A DNA stretch of 41,971 nucleotides, from the NCBI GenBank assembly GCA_041640455.1, contig JBEQAF010000003.1:1-41971 (forward strand), written 5' to 3'. This DNA is from a bacterium (GTDB lineage: Bacteria > CALINM01). Numbering within the stretch: the first letter of the stretch is position 1; every line of letters starts with the position of its first letter. Under the pieces are notes generated by a model. The model was given only the letters and a program-made list of their open reading frames with translations, was not told where the DNA came from and searched no databases. The position numbers and the translations under genes were made by a program. This document shows, piece after piece, positions 9,868 to 19,307 of the stretch.

Positions 9868-10491
9868 ATGATAATCACATTTGAAGGCATTGAAGGAAGC
9901 GGAAAATCAACCCAGATAAACAGATTTAAAGAGGCTCTCGAGAAAAAACAGATAGATTTTATATGTCTGAGAGAACCCGGTGGGACATTACTGTCTGAAG
10001 AGATAAGAAATGTATTGCTAAACAAAGACTTTGAGATATCCTCTCTGGCTGAGCTTTTTCTATTTGAAGCAAGTAGATGCGAGCTGGTTAAAAAGGTGAT
10101 ATCCCCCGCCATAAGGGAAAACAAGCTGGTTATTATTGATCGGTTTACAGACTCCACCATTGCCTATCAGGGCTATGGCAGAGGTATACCTTTAAAAATA
10201 ATAAATTTTATGAATAACCTGGCAACTGAAGGTATTAGTATTGACAGGACATATCTGCTTGATGCGCCGGTTAACCTGCTGGAAGAGAGAAATAAAAATA
10301 AGATAAAGGATCGGATAGAACGGGAGGATGGTGATTTTCACAAAAGAATCAGAGATGGCTTTCTAAAGATTGCCAGAAAAAACAAAGAACGTATATTAAA
10401 AATCAATGCTCTGCTGAACGAAGATGAGATCCATCAAATTATTTTGAGCGACTTTTTAAAAATTTATGGACGAAAAAGCACCACAAGGTAA
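9868..10491 (+). CDS. tmk: Thymidylate kinase
   Basis: 207 aa with the P-loop FEGIEGSGKST and a DRF motif. It precedes holB, which is a conserved arrangement. Confidence 0.9.
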   Translation: MIITFEGIEGSGKSTQINRFKEALEKKQIDFICLREPGGTLLSEEIRNVLLNKDFEISSLAELFLFEASRCELVKKVISPAIRENKLVIIDRFTDSTIAYQGYGRGIPLKIINFMNNLATEGISIDRTYLLDAPVNLLEERNKNKIKDRIEREDGDFHKRIRDGFLKIARKNKERILKINALLNEDEIHQIILSDFLKIYGRKSTTR

Positions 10492-11386
10492 TAAATCGGT
10501 TCTGAAGTTTTTAATTAAACTTTCTAAAAACAAAAAGATTCCCCATGCTTATATTTTCTACGGTCCAAAAGGTGTTGGAAAAAAGCAGTTCGCTCTTTAC
10601 TTTGCAAAACTTCTCAACTGTTTAGCAAAATCAGAAGATCAGCGCCCCTGCCATAGCTGTATTAGCTGTCACAAGATAGATAATAATATTCATCCTGACC
10701 TGAAAATAATCGCCACAGACAGAAAGCAGATTAAGATTGACGAGATCAGGGAGGTTACAGTATTTACCAATACCTCCGCTCTCGAAGGCAGATTTAAGGT
10801 TATAATTATTGACGATGCCCATAAGATGAATGTATTTTCTGCCAATGCTTTGCTTAAAACCCTTGAAGAACCACTTTCAAATTCAATAATAATCCTTATT
10901 ACAGATAACCTGAAAAATCTTCTGCCAACCATTCAATCCCGTTGTATTAAGATCCCCTTTTCACCTCTAAAAGATGAGGAGATTCTGCAGATTCTTTCAC
11001 AGAAAGGCTATGATATTAGCAAAATAAATGACATTCTTCCATTTTGTGCGGGATCGGTCAAGATTGCTGAAGAGCTTCTGATTGATAAGAACTATGCGAT
11101 GGCTATAGATCTGATAGAAAATCTTGAAAAATTCGGGCATCTGAGATTTATTGAGATATCAGCTATTTCTGAAAGAATATCTCAGAATAACTTTGAGGAA
11201 ACCAGCTTTAATATAATGTTACAGTTTTTCAGAAATAAGGCGCTCAAAATGGATGAGAATCTTTTTTCCTATCTCAGCGCCTATGAAAAAGTTCTTATTT
11301 TTATGAGCTATTTGAGATATAATATTTCCAAATCTTTTATTTTAGAGGCATTATTTCTTAGTCTATCGTCAAGTGAGGACACATGA
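10466..11386 (+). CDS. holB: DNA polymerase III delta-prime subunit
   Basis: 306 aa with HAYIFYGPKGVGKK, a Cys-rich zinc module (CHSCISCHK), and an SRC-type motif (TIQSRCIKIPF). Confidence 0.8.
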   Translation: MDEKAPQGNKSVLKFLIKLSKNKKIPHAYIFYGPKGVGKKQFALYFAKLLNCLAKSEDQRPCHSCISCHKIDNNIHPDLKIIATDRKQIKIDEIREVTVFTNTSALEGRFKVIIIDDAHKMNVFSANALLKTLEEPLSNSIIILITDNLKNLLPTIQSRCIKIPFSPLKDEEILQILSQKGYDISKINDILPFCAGSVKIAEELLIDKNYAMAIDLIENLEKFGHLRFIEISAISERISQNNFEETSFNIMLQFFRNKALKMDENLFSYLSAYEKVLIFMSYLRYNISKSFILEALFLSLSSSEDT

Positions 11387-12120
11387 TTTTAATCGGGGTT
11401 AAGTTTAGATCTTCTGTAAAAACCTATTATTTTGACCCGGATAACTGGGAGATAAATAAAGGAGATCTGGTAGTTGCGGAAACCGAAAGGGGGCTTACAG
11501 TAGGAAGAGTGGTACAGCCTCCTAAGGATATTACACCTACAATTCAGGATATTAAAAAGATATTAAGAAAAGCCACTGAGGAGGATATGGATGCCCTCAG
11601 AAAAAATCTTGAAGATGAAAAAGATGCATTCAAAATATGTCTTCAGTACATAGATAAGCATAGTCTCCCTATGAAGCTTATATCAGCTGAATACACCCTT
11701 GATAGAAACAAGCTCATATTTTATTTTACAGCCGATGGGAGGATAGATTTTAGAGAGCTGGTTAAGGATCTGGCTCGAGTTTTTAAAACACGTATAGAGA
11801 TGAGACAGATAGGTGTGAGAGATGCTTCCAAGCAATGCGGAGGAATGGCTGTATGTGGTAGAGAGCTTTGCTGTTCCTCGTTCCTTTCTGGCCTTACTCC
11901 TATTTCTATTAAGATGATTAGAGCCCAGTTCCTGCCGCTAAATCCTTCAAAGCTTTCAGGCATGTGCGGTAGACTGCTTTGCTGTCTTTCTTATGAGGTT
12001 GTTAACTATCTGGAAGGCGGAGATCTTTATCAGAAAGAAGCTTCCTATCTAAAATCTTTGAATGAGCAGGTAGATATTGATACTTTGACCAAACTGGATG
12101 AGAAGGAGGAGAACAAGTGA
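11383..12120 (+). CDS. PSP1 domain protein (YaaT/RicT-like)
   Basis: 245 aa with a conserved Cys cluster (CGRELCCSSFL ... MCGRLLCCLSYE). Its ATGA start overlaps the holB stop. Confidence 0.8.
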   Translation: MILIGVKFRSSVKTYYFDPDNWEINKGDLVVAETERGLTVGRVVQPPKDITPTIQDIKKILRKATEEDMDALRKNLEDEKDAFKICLQYIDKHSLPMKLISAEYTLDRNKLIFYFTADGRIDFRELVKDLARVFKTRIEMRQIGVRDASKQCGGMAVCGRELCCSSFLSGLTPISIKMIRAQFLPLNPSKLSGMCGRLLCCLSYEVVNYLEGGDLYQKEASYLKSLNEQVDIDTLTKLDEKEENK

Positions 12121-14009
12121 AAAATACCTTTTATGTTACAACACCTATCTATTACGTAAATGATGTGCCACACATAGGGCATGCCTATACCACCATTGCC
12201 TGTGATGTGATGGCAAGGTACTATAGATTATCTGGCTATGATGTGTTTTTCTTAACCGGTACTGATGAGCATGGTCAAAAGATTGAAAAAACTGCAAAAT
12301 CTCTCAATATATCTCCAAAAGAGCTGGCAGACCGAGTGGTAGTTAATTTTCAGAATCTCTGGAAAAAGCTAAATATAAACAATACAGATTTTATCAGAAC
12401 CACCGAGGAAAGACACTATAGGACAGTTTCTTACCTTTTCAAAAAGATTGAAGAAAAGGGAGACATATATCTTGGAGAGTATGAAGACTGGTACTGTGTT
12501 CCCTGTGAGACTTTTCTTACCGAAAGCCAGCTTGTGGATGGCAAATGTCCCGAATGTAAAAGACCAGTAGACAAACTAAAAGAGGAAAGCTACTTTTTCA
12601 GAATGTCCAGATACACAGAGCCTCTTTTAAAATACATTGAAGAGAACCCGGATTTTATTTATCCCCCCTCAAGAAGAAATGAGATCATAAGCTTTGTTAA
12701 ACAGGGGTTAAGAGATCTTAGTATATCTCGAACATCTACCAGATGGGGGATTCCCGTGCCTGAAAATGATAGGCATGTCATCTATGTCTGGTTTGATGCC
12801 CTTACCAATTATATAACTGCCATAGGCTATCCCGATAATCCTGCCCTTTTTGAAAAATACTGGCCTGCTGTGCATTTTATCGGTAAAGACATATTAAAGT
12901 TTCATGCTGTTTACTGGCCCTGTTTCTTGCTCTCTGCAGGGCTTCCGCTTCCCAAAAGGGTGGTAGCTCACGGCTGGTGGACTGTTGAAGGTCAGAAGAT
13001 GAGCAAATCTCTTGGAAATGCCATAGATCCTTTTGCGCTAACCGACAAATATGGAGTAGATGCCTTCAGATATTTTCTATTAAGAGAGGTGCCCTTCGGG
13101 CTTGATGGAGATTTTTCTGACGAGGCTATGACCAAAAGGATTAATTCTGACCTCGCAAATGATCTTGGGAATCTTGTAAAAAGAAGCATATCTATGGTGG
13201 AAAAGTTTCTTGAATCCAGATTTGAGCCCCCTCAAAACTCTGACATAGACGAAAATGTGCTCAAGGTGGTTCTTAACAGCACTCAGAAATATGACGAGGC
13301 GATGAAAGAGTGTTCTTTTAGTAGAGCCCTTGAAGCCCTCTGGGAGCTCATTGGTTTTCTCAATAAATACATAGTAGAAAAAGAGCCATGGAGCCTGAAC
13401 AAAAAAGGTGAAAAAAATGAGCTTAAAAAGGTGCTTTCAAACCTGCTTGAGGGCTTAAGAGTTGTAGCCATGTATCTCTACCCCTTTATGCCCCAGAAGT
13501 CAAATCAGATTTTCAATGCCTTAGGGATTAAAGAGGACATCCAGTCTTTTATAAACAAAATCCCAGAATCCCTGCTATTTGGAAAAGTAAGCGGCTCATT
13601 TAAAGTTGAAAGTATGGGCGACCTATTTCCAAGAATTGAAAAAGAAGAGGCAAAAGCCATCGAAATTTCTGAGAAAAAAGAAGAGGCTAATATATCTATC
13701 GATGATTTTGCCAAAATAGAGCTTATGATAGGAAAAGTTAAATCGGCAGAACGGGTTCCCAAATCTGATAAACTGATAAAACTATCTGTTTTTGACGGCA
13801 AAAAGGACAGGACAATTGTAGCAGGAATCGGCAAGTTTTACGCTCCTGAGGAGCTTGTGGGGAAAAATATTACCTTCGTAGCCAATCTAAAACCAACCAA
13901 GCTTATGGGTATTTTATCGGAAGGGATGATTCTTGCTGCTTCAGATGAAAAGGGGCTATCTCTTATTGTTCCCGAAAAAGACGTTGATTCTGGTTCAAAG
14001 GTTAAATAA
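12117..14009 (+). CDS. metG: Methionine--tRNA ligase with C-terminal tRNA-binding (Trbp111/EMAP-like) domain
   Basis: 630 aa starting at GTG. It has HIGH (PHIGHAYT), KMSKS, a zinc knuckle (CVPCE...CPECK), and a C-terminal OB domain (KIELMIGKVKSAERVPKSDKLIKL). Confidence 0.9.
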   Translation: MKNTFYVTTPIYYVNDVPHIGHAYTTIACDVMARYYRLSGYDVFFLTGTDEHGQKIEKTAKSLNISPKELADRVVVNFQNLWKKLNINNTDFIRTTEERHYRTVSYLFKKIEEKGDIYLGEYEDWYCVPCETFLTESQLVDGKCPECKRPVDKLKEESYFFRMSRYTEPLLKYIEENPDFIYPPSRRNEIISFVKQGLRDLSISRTSTRWGIPVPENDRHVIYVWFDALTNYITAIGYPDNPALFEKYWPAVHFIGKDILKFHAVYWPCFLLSAGLPLPKRVVAHGWWTVEGQKMSKSLGNAIDPFALTDKYGVDAFRYFLLREVPFGLDGDFSDEAMTKRINSDLANDLGNLVKRSISMVEKFLESRFEPPQNSDIDENVLKVVLNSTQKYDEAMKECSFSRALEALWELIGFLNKYIVEKEPWSLNKKGEKNELKKVLSNLLEGLRVVAMYLYPFMPQKSNQIFNALGIKEDIQSFINKIPESLLFGKVSGSFKVESMGDLFPRIEKEEAKAIEISEKKEEANISIDDFAKIELMIGKVKSAERVPKSDKLIKLSVFDGKKDRTIVAGIGKFYAPEELVGKNITFVANLKPTKLMGILSEGMILAASDEKGLSLIVPEKDVDSGSKVK

Positions 14010-15379
14010 TGGCAGAGTTTGTAGATGTTCATACTCATCTTGAGATGCCCGAATTTGAAAAGGATCTGGAAGAAACAATAAAAAGGGCAAAAGATAGCTC
14101 TGTTACCTTTATCTGCACAGTAGGCACAGAGCCCCGATACTGGGATCGGGCAAAGGAAATCGCAACTAATCACAAAAATATATACTTTTCCATCGGCTTA
14201 CATCCCCACGAAGCAACTCAGTATGACAAAAATATTGAAAAAAGCCTTCTTAACTATCTATCGGAAGATAAATGCCTGATGCTGGGAGAGATTGGTCTTG
14301 ACTTCTTTAAAAACTACTCCCCAAAAGAAAAACAGATAGCGGTCTTTCAAAAACAGCTTGATATTGCTGAAGAGCTTAACAAACCTGTGATGATTCATAT
14401 AAGAGAAGCCCACAAAGAGGCTAAAGAGATACTGAAAAAAAGAGATCTAAGCGGCATTATCCACTGCTTCTCTGGAACTCTTGAAGATGCAAAGTTTTAC
14501 ATAGACTTAGGCTATTTTATCTCCATACCCGGCACAGTAACTTTTAAAAAGGCAGCCAATCTGGCAGAGGTGGTAAAAACTATCCCCCTTGACTATATTC
14601 TTACAGAGACAGATGCACCCTTTCTTGCTCCAGAGCCCTACAGGGGTAAAAGAAATGAGCCCGCTTTCGTAGTCCAGGTTACAAAAAAGATTTCAGAGCT
14701 CAAAAACCTTCCATTGGAAGATGTGGCAAGAACAATAAAGATAAATACAGAAAAAATATTTGGCTTAAATTCTGAAAAAAAAGCAAAGCTTGTATATAAA
14801 ATACGAAACTCACTTTACATTAATCTTACAAACAGATGCTCCAACCGCTGTGTGTTTTGTGGCAAAAACAGAGATTTTTTTGTAAAAGGACACTATCTAA
14901 AGCTCGATTATGAGCCATCTTATGAGGATATTCTTAAGGAGACTCCAGATGACCTAAGTAGCTATGATGAGGTGGTATTCTGCGGTTATGGAGAGCCCAC
15001 TCTCAGGCTTGATATTATAAAAAGTCTTTCAGGGGAGTTTAGAAAAAGAGGCGCAAAAAAGATAAGGCTAAATACCGATGGTTTAGCAAGTCTTAGAGAA
15101 AAAAGAAATATGCCCTTTGAGCTCAAAGATTTTATAGATTCGGTATCCATAAGTTTAAATGCTGCCGACGAGGAGACTTACAACAGGCTTTGCAAGCCAG
15201 GCTTTCCTCAGGCATTTAGTGAGCTAATAAAGTTTATTGAAGAGTCTAAAAAGTACATAAAAGAGGTGGTTGTCTCAGCGGTTGCTGTTCCTGAGCTTGA
15301 CGTGGAAAGAGTAAAAGACTTTGCCGAAAACACTCTAAAAGTAAGATTTCGACTGCGACCCTACAACGATCTTGGATAA
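14009..15379 (+). CDS. TatD-family metal-dependent hydrolase fused to a C-terminal radical SAM domain
   Basis: Residues 1-255 carry the TatD motifs (VDVHTHL, GEIGLD, MIHIREA, IIHCFSG, TETDAPF). Residues ~265-456 carry CSNRCVFC (CxxxCxxC) plus GYGEPTL. Confidence 0.8.
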   Translation: MAEFVDVHTHLEMPEFEKDLEETIKRAKDSSVTFICTVGTEPRYWDRAKEIATNHKNIYFSIGLHPHEATQYDKNIEKSLLNYLSEDKCLMLGEIGLDFFKNYSPKEKQIAVFQKQLDIAEELNKPVMIHIREAHKEAKEILKKRDLSGIIHCFSGTLEDAKFYIDLGYFISIPGTVTFKKAANLAEVVKTIPLDYILTETDAPFLAPEPYRGKRNEPAFVVQVTKKISELKNLPLEDVARTIKINTEKIFGLNSEKKAKLVYKIRNSLYINLTNRCSNRCVFCGKNRDFFVKGHYLKLDYEPSYEDILKETPDDLSSYDEVVFCGYGEPTLRLDIIKSLSGEFRKRGAKKIRLNTDGLASLREKRNMPFELKDFIDSVSISLNAADEETYNRLCKPGFPQAFSELIKFIEESKKYIKEVVVSAVAVPELDVERVKDFAENTLKVRFRLRPYNDLG

Positions 15380-15408
15380 AAAAAAAGGGGTGCTTGGCAC
15401 CCCTTTTT
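15378..15408. terminator. Bidirectional intrinsic terminator between convergent tatD-rSAM and the barrel gene
   Basis: A-run, then the GGGGTGC-TTG-GCACCCC hairpin (15387-15403), then TTTTT. Confidence 0.8.
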
Positions 15409-15429
15409 AAGTTTTATAATCAAAGGGTA

Positions 15430-17913
15430 TTAGAAGTTGTAGGTTATAGAAGCAGATACGGTATGGAGCTTTCCATCCTGATCGAAGTAAACATAGGGTT
15501 TTTTATCAGCCACCATTGAGAAGAGATAACCTAAACCAAGTTTCAAGTTCTCCCTAATCTTATATCCAAGAGCTAAACTAAGGTCAAAGATTTCATACTC
15601 AAGATCCGAAAGCTCTGGAAGAATATTCATATAGGCAAAGTTGTACAAAAGTACCTGTTCTGCCGCATTTGTAGTCTGGTTATTATCTTTTCCATCATAA
15701 AGGTATCCTAATTTTTTATCATCCCATGAGGTGTCAGAAAAATTAGGTCCTGTAATATAGCCTTTGACTTTGTTGTAGGTAAGATTTCCTGAAAAGCTGG
15801 TTTTGCTATTAACCTCTATGTTGCTTCCAAGATAAATGGTGTCTGCGCTGTTTTTGTATTCAATTTTGTTCTGTTTAGAGCCAACCTGGCTTGAAGTAAT
15901 TATGTTTGCTCAACCGTCGTAGTAGGATGCGCAGATTATACTATCATACTTCTCACCCAGATAATTATATCCAGCATATAAACTAATCTTGTCATTTAAC
16001 ATATATCCAAGATTAATACCGGTATTCAAAATATTTCTTTTCCACTCATAGGTTTTAAGATCATCGTTTTTTGCAGTTTTATACTTTCCAGATAGATCTA
16101 CCGAAAGCCTATCGGAGGGCAAGTAATTAATATCTAAAGCAATCTGATGCTCTCCTGTAGGCTCAATGGACATACTCGCCTTTCTTCTGTCATAAACAAC
16201 TGGACCGTAGAGTGCATCCCATCTGTACATACCTACAGGCACATTATAATAGGCATGAGGTTCAGTACCATTTGTGTCATCGTAGCTGCTTAAATCTCCA
16301 GGTCTCTGGTAGAATTCTGCACATCCTGCCTTAAAATATATAAAGGGGTCATCAATATTAATATACCTGTAGGAAAGCCTTGTTTTAAGATTTTTTGCTA
16401 CCTTATATTTTGCACCCAGTTTCAATGTGTATTTTGTAGTCTCTTCGGTAATCTCAAAGTCATGGGCGTTATCTCTTTCTATCTTATCCATGTAGAGCCC
16501 ACCGAGGAGGGTTAATGCATCTGAAACCTTATAATCCACATCTAAGCCCAGGCCATATTCATCCCGGTTATACAACGAGTGCCTTGTGAGATCAAAGGTA
16601 AGATTTGAACCAGGAAAAGGCTCTATACCTACTGCGGCAAAGTTAGTTGATGTATTATAAGAATTACCCAGCAAGCCATTAAGTAGAGTCTGGGCTCCAC
16701 CAGGTGCTGCTGGTGGATTTGTCCTTTCTACCACGTCAACAAATACATCATCATTTTCTACGGTTCTGTAATATCCAGAGAGAGAAAGCCTAAGGTCTTT
16801 ATTTAGCTTTGTATTATATCTTAAGTCTATGCTTTTAGTATCCAGTTCAAGAGATTTGTCGTATTTGCCCCTCAAGATATCATAGCTGCCACTTGTTTCG
16901 TGATTAATGGCATTAGACACTACCCCCTTGACAACAAGATTTGAATTTTTAGAAAAATCATATCTAAGTTTTAAGATATTTGTGTTCTTCTCTGAATCAG
17001 GGGCATTATTGGCTGGGAGATAACCATCAGTGTTATCAAACATTGCTCTATTTCTGAATGGATTTGAGCTGTCTAATGGACTACCTGTCCTGTCATATTT
17101 AAACTCCTGATAGGCTTTATTGGTAAAACTGGTGCTCTTTAATCTGTAGTTCACAGTTAGCTTTCCAAGCTTTGCATCTATAAAAGGCGCAACATCAGTG
17201 GTGTTTTCATCAATTCTTTTGTCATATCCTGTTACATGGCAGGAGCTGCAATGTGCTGATACTGTTGAATGGTCGAACCCTTTTCTTGTAAGAACCTTAG
17301 CTTCAACACCAAAGGTTACTCCTTCAAGGGAAGGCAGATTTATTTTTAGACTATTACTCCATTCTGAAACAGACTTCCCGAAGTTACTTCTTTGACTTAA
17401 ATCGGTATTGTAAACAGTAGCAGAACCTATCTGACCAAGAGATGTAGTCCCTGTGGATGGTACAATTGGAAATCCTGGAACTGCAACAGGATCAGCATTT
17501 CCATCTGGTACAAGTATTGTCGTATTAGCATTATCTCTAAAATCAACACCAGCATGCGCTTCTAAATTCCTTAGATCTTGTTTAGGAGTTATGTGGAAAT
17601 ATTTCAGGTAGTTACTCTGAAACCTGAAGATCCGGTTACCATCAAATTTTAAGTAATATTTCTGATCTTCAGGATGAACGTATCTGCCAAAAAAATCAAT
17701 TCTTGCATCCTTATCATAACTGCCTTTAATTTCGATAAGAGGCAAAAGATCAGACTTATACTGCTTATTATATTTAGCAACAAGAGAAGCATCATCTTTT
17801 ATATCATTTACAGATGCACCTATTGTAACGCTGCCATTAAAGCTTTTATCTTCAGCATATAGTAATGAGCTTAAAAGTATAAGAGTTAAAGCTACTGTAA
17901 ATAGTTTTTTCAT
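15430..17913 (-). CDS. MtrB/PioB-like outer-membrane beta-barrel partner of the decaheme cytochrome, interrupted by one in-frame TGA at 15910-15912
   Basis: Signal peptide MKKLFTVALTLILLSSLLYA-ED, followed by long alternating beta-strand-like sequence. It starts 9 nt after the decaheme gene with an AGGGGGA SD. The 667-codon track ORF stops at a TGA, and I verified that the same frame stays open for 160 more codons, ending in ...SASITYNF (aromatic OMP C-terminus). The 72-aa track ORF (15430-15648) is simply the tail of this frame. Confidence 0.6.
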
Positions 17914-17922
17914 AGCATCCCC

Positions 17923-18900
17923 CTATCTGGTTAAGTTTTTGCCCTGGCTTGTGGTGCCCTGAGATGGCAGGTCAGAACCATGGACTGCTGGATGGCATTG
18001 GGTACATTTTGTAAGAAAGGCTTTCTGAAAAGCCCTCTGCTGGGGATCACCTTTGATTGTAATAGGCTGATTAGTATAGGGATCCTGAACACCCAGGTAA
18101 GTTAAATCATACTTAGATGATATTCTCAAGGCATGGAAATGGGCTTCATGACACTGCAGGCATACAAAAGGCTCATTCTGTTTTAGTAGATTATTTGCAA
18201 TACTGCCATGGGCATCATGACAGTTCATGCAGTCTTCTACAACAGGGGCATGCTCAAACACAAATGGTCCCTGATACTTTCTGTGACAGGATAGACATAG
18301 CTCGTTTTTGTGTTCATCGGTGTTTAACATACCTGAATTTGCATTGTGAACATTATGACAGCTTGAACAGCTCATCTTATCTTCCTTAAGGGGATGATGG
18401 GATGGATAAGAGAGCTTTGCCTGCACATCTCTGTGGCAGGAGGAACAGAGCGCGGTTTCTTTGTTTTTAAGAAGTTTTTTATACTTTGATTTGTGAGCCG
18501 AATGACAGTCCGTACATACCATACCTTCTCTGTGATGGACTGTTCCTTCAAAAGACATGGTCTTCATGCTCTGATGGCAGCTCATACAGACTGAAACAAT
18601 ATCAATGTCTTTTTCTTTAAAGCTAATTATTTTACCTCCTCCTTCGCTATGCAAAGATCCAGGTCCATGACAGCTTTCACACCCAACCTTAGTTCCTACC
18701 TCAAACTCAGCAATCCTCAAATGCACGTTCTTATTGTCTTTAAAATACTCTTCATGACAGCCTTTGCAAGCTTGGGCACCAACAAAGCTCGAACCGCTTA
18801 AGTATTCGGCAGGCGAAAACATCTCTGCCCTCTTTTTAAGGGCGCTCGAGCAAGCAGTGATGAGGATTAGGAAACCCAACAAACAAATTAACTTTTGCAT
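17923..18900 (-). CDS. Decaheme c-type cytochrome, MtrA/DmsE/PioA-like
   Basis: Ten CxxCH motifs counted (CKGCH, CESCH, CMSCH, CTDCH, CSSCH, CSSCH, CLSCH, CMNCH, CLQCH, CTQCH). The preferred start is the ATG at 18900, 4 nt after AAAGGGGGG; the track's TTG start at 18927 is unlikely. The signal peptide has a lipobox-like LITAC. Confidence 0.85.
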   Translation of the reverse strand: MQKLICLLGFLILITACSSALKKRAEMFSPAEYLSGSSFVGAQACKGCHEEYFKDNKNVHLRIAEFEVGTKVGCESCHGPGSLHSEGGGKIISFKEKDIDIVSVCMSCHQSMKTMSFEGTVHHREGMVCTDCHSAHKSKYKKLLKNKETALCSSCHRDVQAKLSYPSHHPLKEDKMSCSSCHNVHNANSGMLNTDEHKNELCLSCHRKYQGPFVFEHAPVVEDCMNCHDAHGSIANNLLKQNEPFVCLQCHEAHFHALRISSKYDLTYLGVQDPYTNQPITIKGDPQQRAFQKAFLTKCTQCHPAVHGSDLPSQGTTSQGKNLTR

Positions 18901-18940
18901 AGACCCCCCTTTATTAGAAGAACACAATTAATTCAATTTA

Positions 18941-18971
18941 ATTATAATAATAAAAACTACTCCCATGTCAA
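18941..18971 (-). promoter_or_regulatory. Putative sigma-70 promoter of the cytochrome/barrel operon
   Basis: On the minus strand, a perfect TTGACA (18971-18966) is followed by TATTAT at N16 or TATAAT at N19 (18946-18941), about 40 nt upstream of the ATG at 18900. Confidence 0.45.
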
Positions 18972-19004
18972 GTTAATTATTTTTTTTTAATTAAATTAAA
19001 TAGA

Positions 19005-19054
19005 TACATTTAATAAAAAGAGAAGCCCATGCAAAAATCTACAGGGGCTTCAAA
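19005..19054. repeat. Direct repeat copy A (orphan copy of the glnB terminator)
   Basis: TACATTTAATAAAAAGAGAAGCCCATGCAAAAATCTACAGGGGCTTCAAA matches 20672-20721 at 48 of 50 positions. Confidence 0.9.
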
Positions 19055-19250
19055 AAATTTCGCCAAATTAAGCTTTAATGGCAATATTTATTTTTTCCTA
19101 ATCTTCTTGTTAAATTTTCATAAATTGTCAATAATCATAAACCCTAAAGATTTTATATGTTCCTTAAATGAAATCTTCTGCCCTATTCAGCATCACAGCT
19201 ACTTTATATTACTTCGTATATTTATAAGTCCTTTTTTATTTTGCTTCAGC

Positions 19251-19258
19251 TGTATAAT
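19251..19258 (+). promoter_or_regulatory. Extended -10 element (TGTATAAT) upstream of the DUF4143 ATPase gene
   Basis: TG at 19251-19252 and TATAAT at 19253-19258, 50 nt upstream of the ATG at 19308. The palindrome ATATCA-N5-TGATAT (19277-19293) lies between them. Confidence 0.35.
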
Positions 19259-19307
19259 GCTATGATGTTGTATTTTATATCACAATTTGATATATTTTAT
19301 AACAAAT

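Noticed and set aside
15430-15648. 72-aa ORF in the track, which could be read as an independent small gene
   Set aside because: Its TTG start is arbitrary. The same frame is open upstream all the way to the TGA at 15910-15912 and reads as more beta-barrel sequence. It is the C-terminal tail of the MtrB-like gene.
15910-15912. Alternative genetic code (TGA as Trp or Gly, code 4 or 25) as an explanation for the in-frame TGA
   Set aside because: TGA clearly terminates several well-defined genes here: holB (11384-11386), PSP1 (12118-12120), rluB (4501-4503), the EBP (23741-23743) and the heme protein (38083-38085). Each has a sensible protein end and a downstream gene start.
19029-19265. 78-aa plus-strand ORF in the cytochrome/ATPase intergenic region
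   Set aside because: It starts inside the duplicated terminator, has no SD, and gives a Phe/Ile/Leu-rich low-complexity translation of AT-rich promoter DNA.
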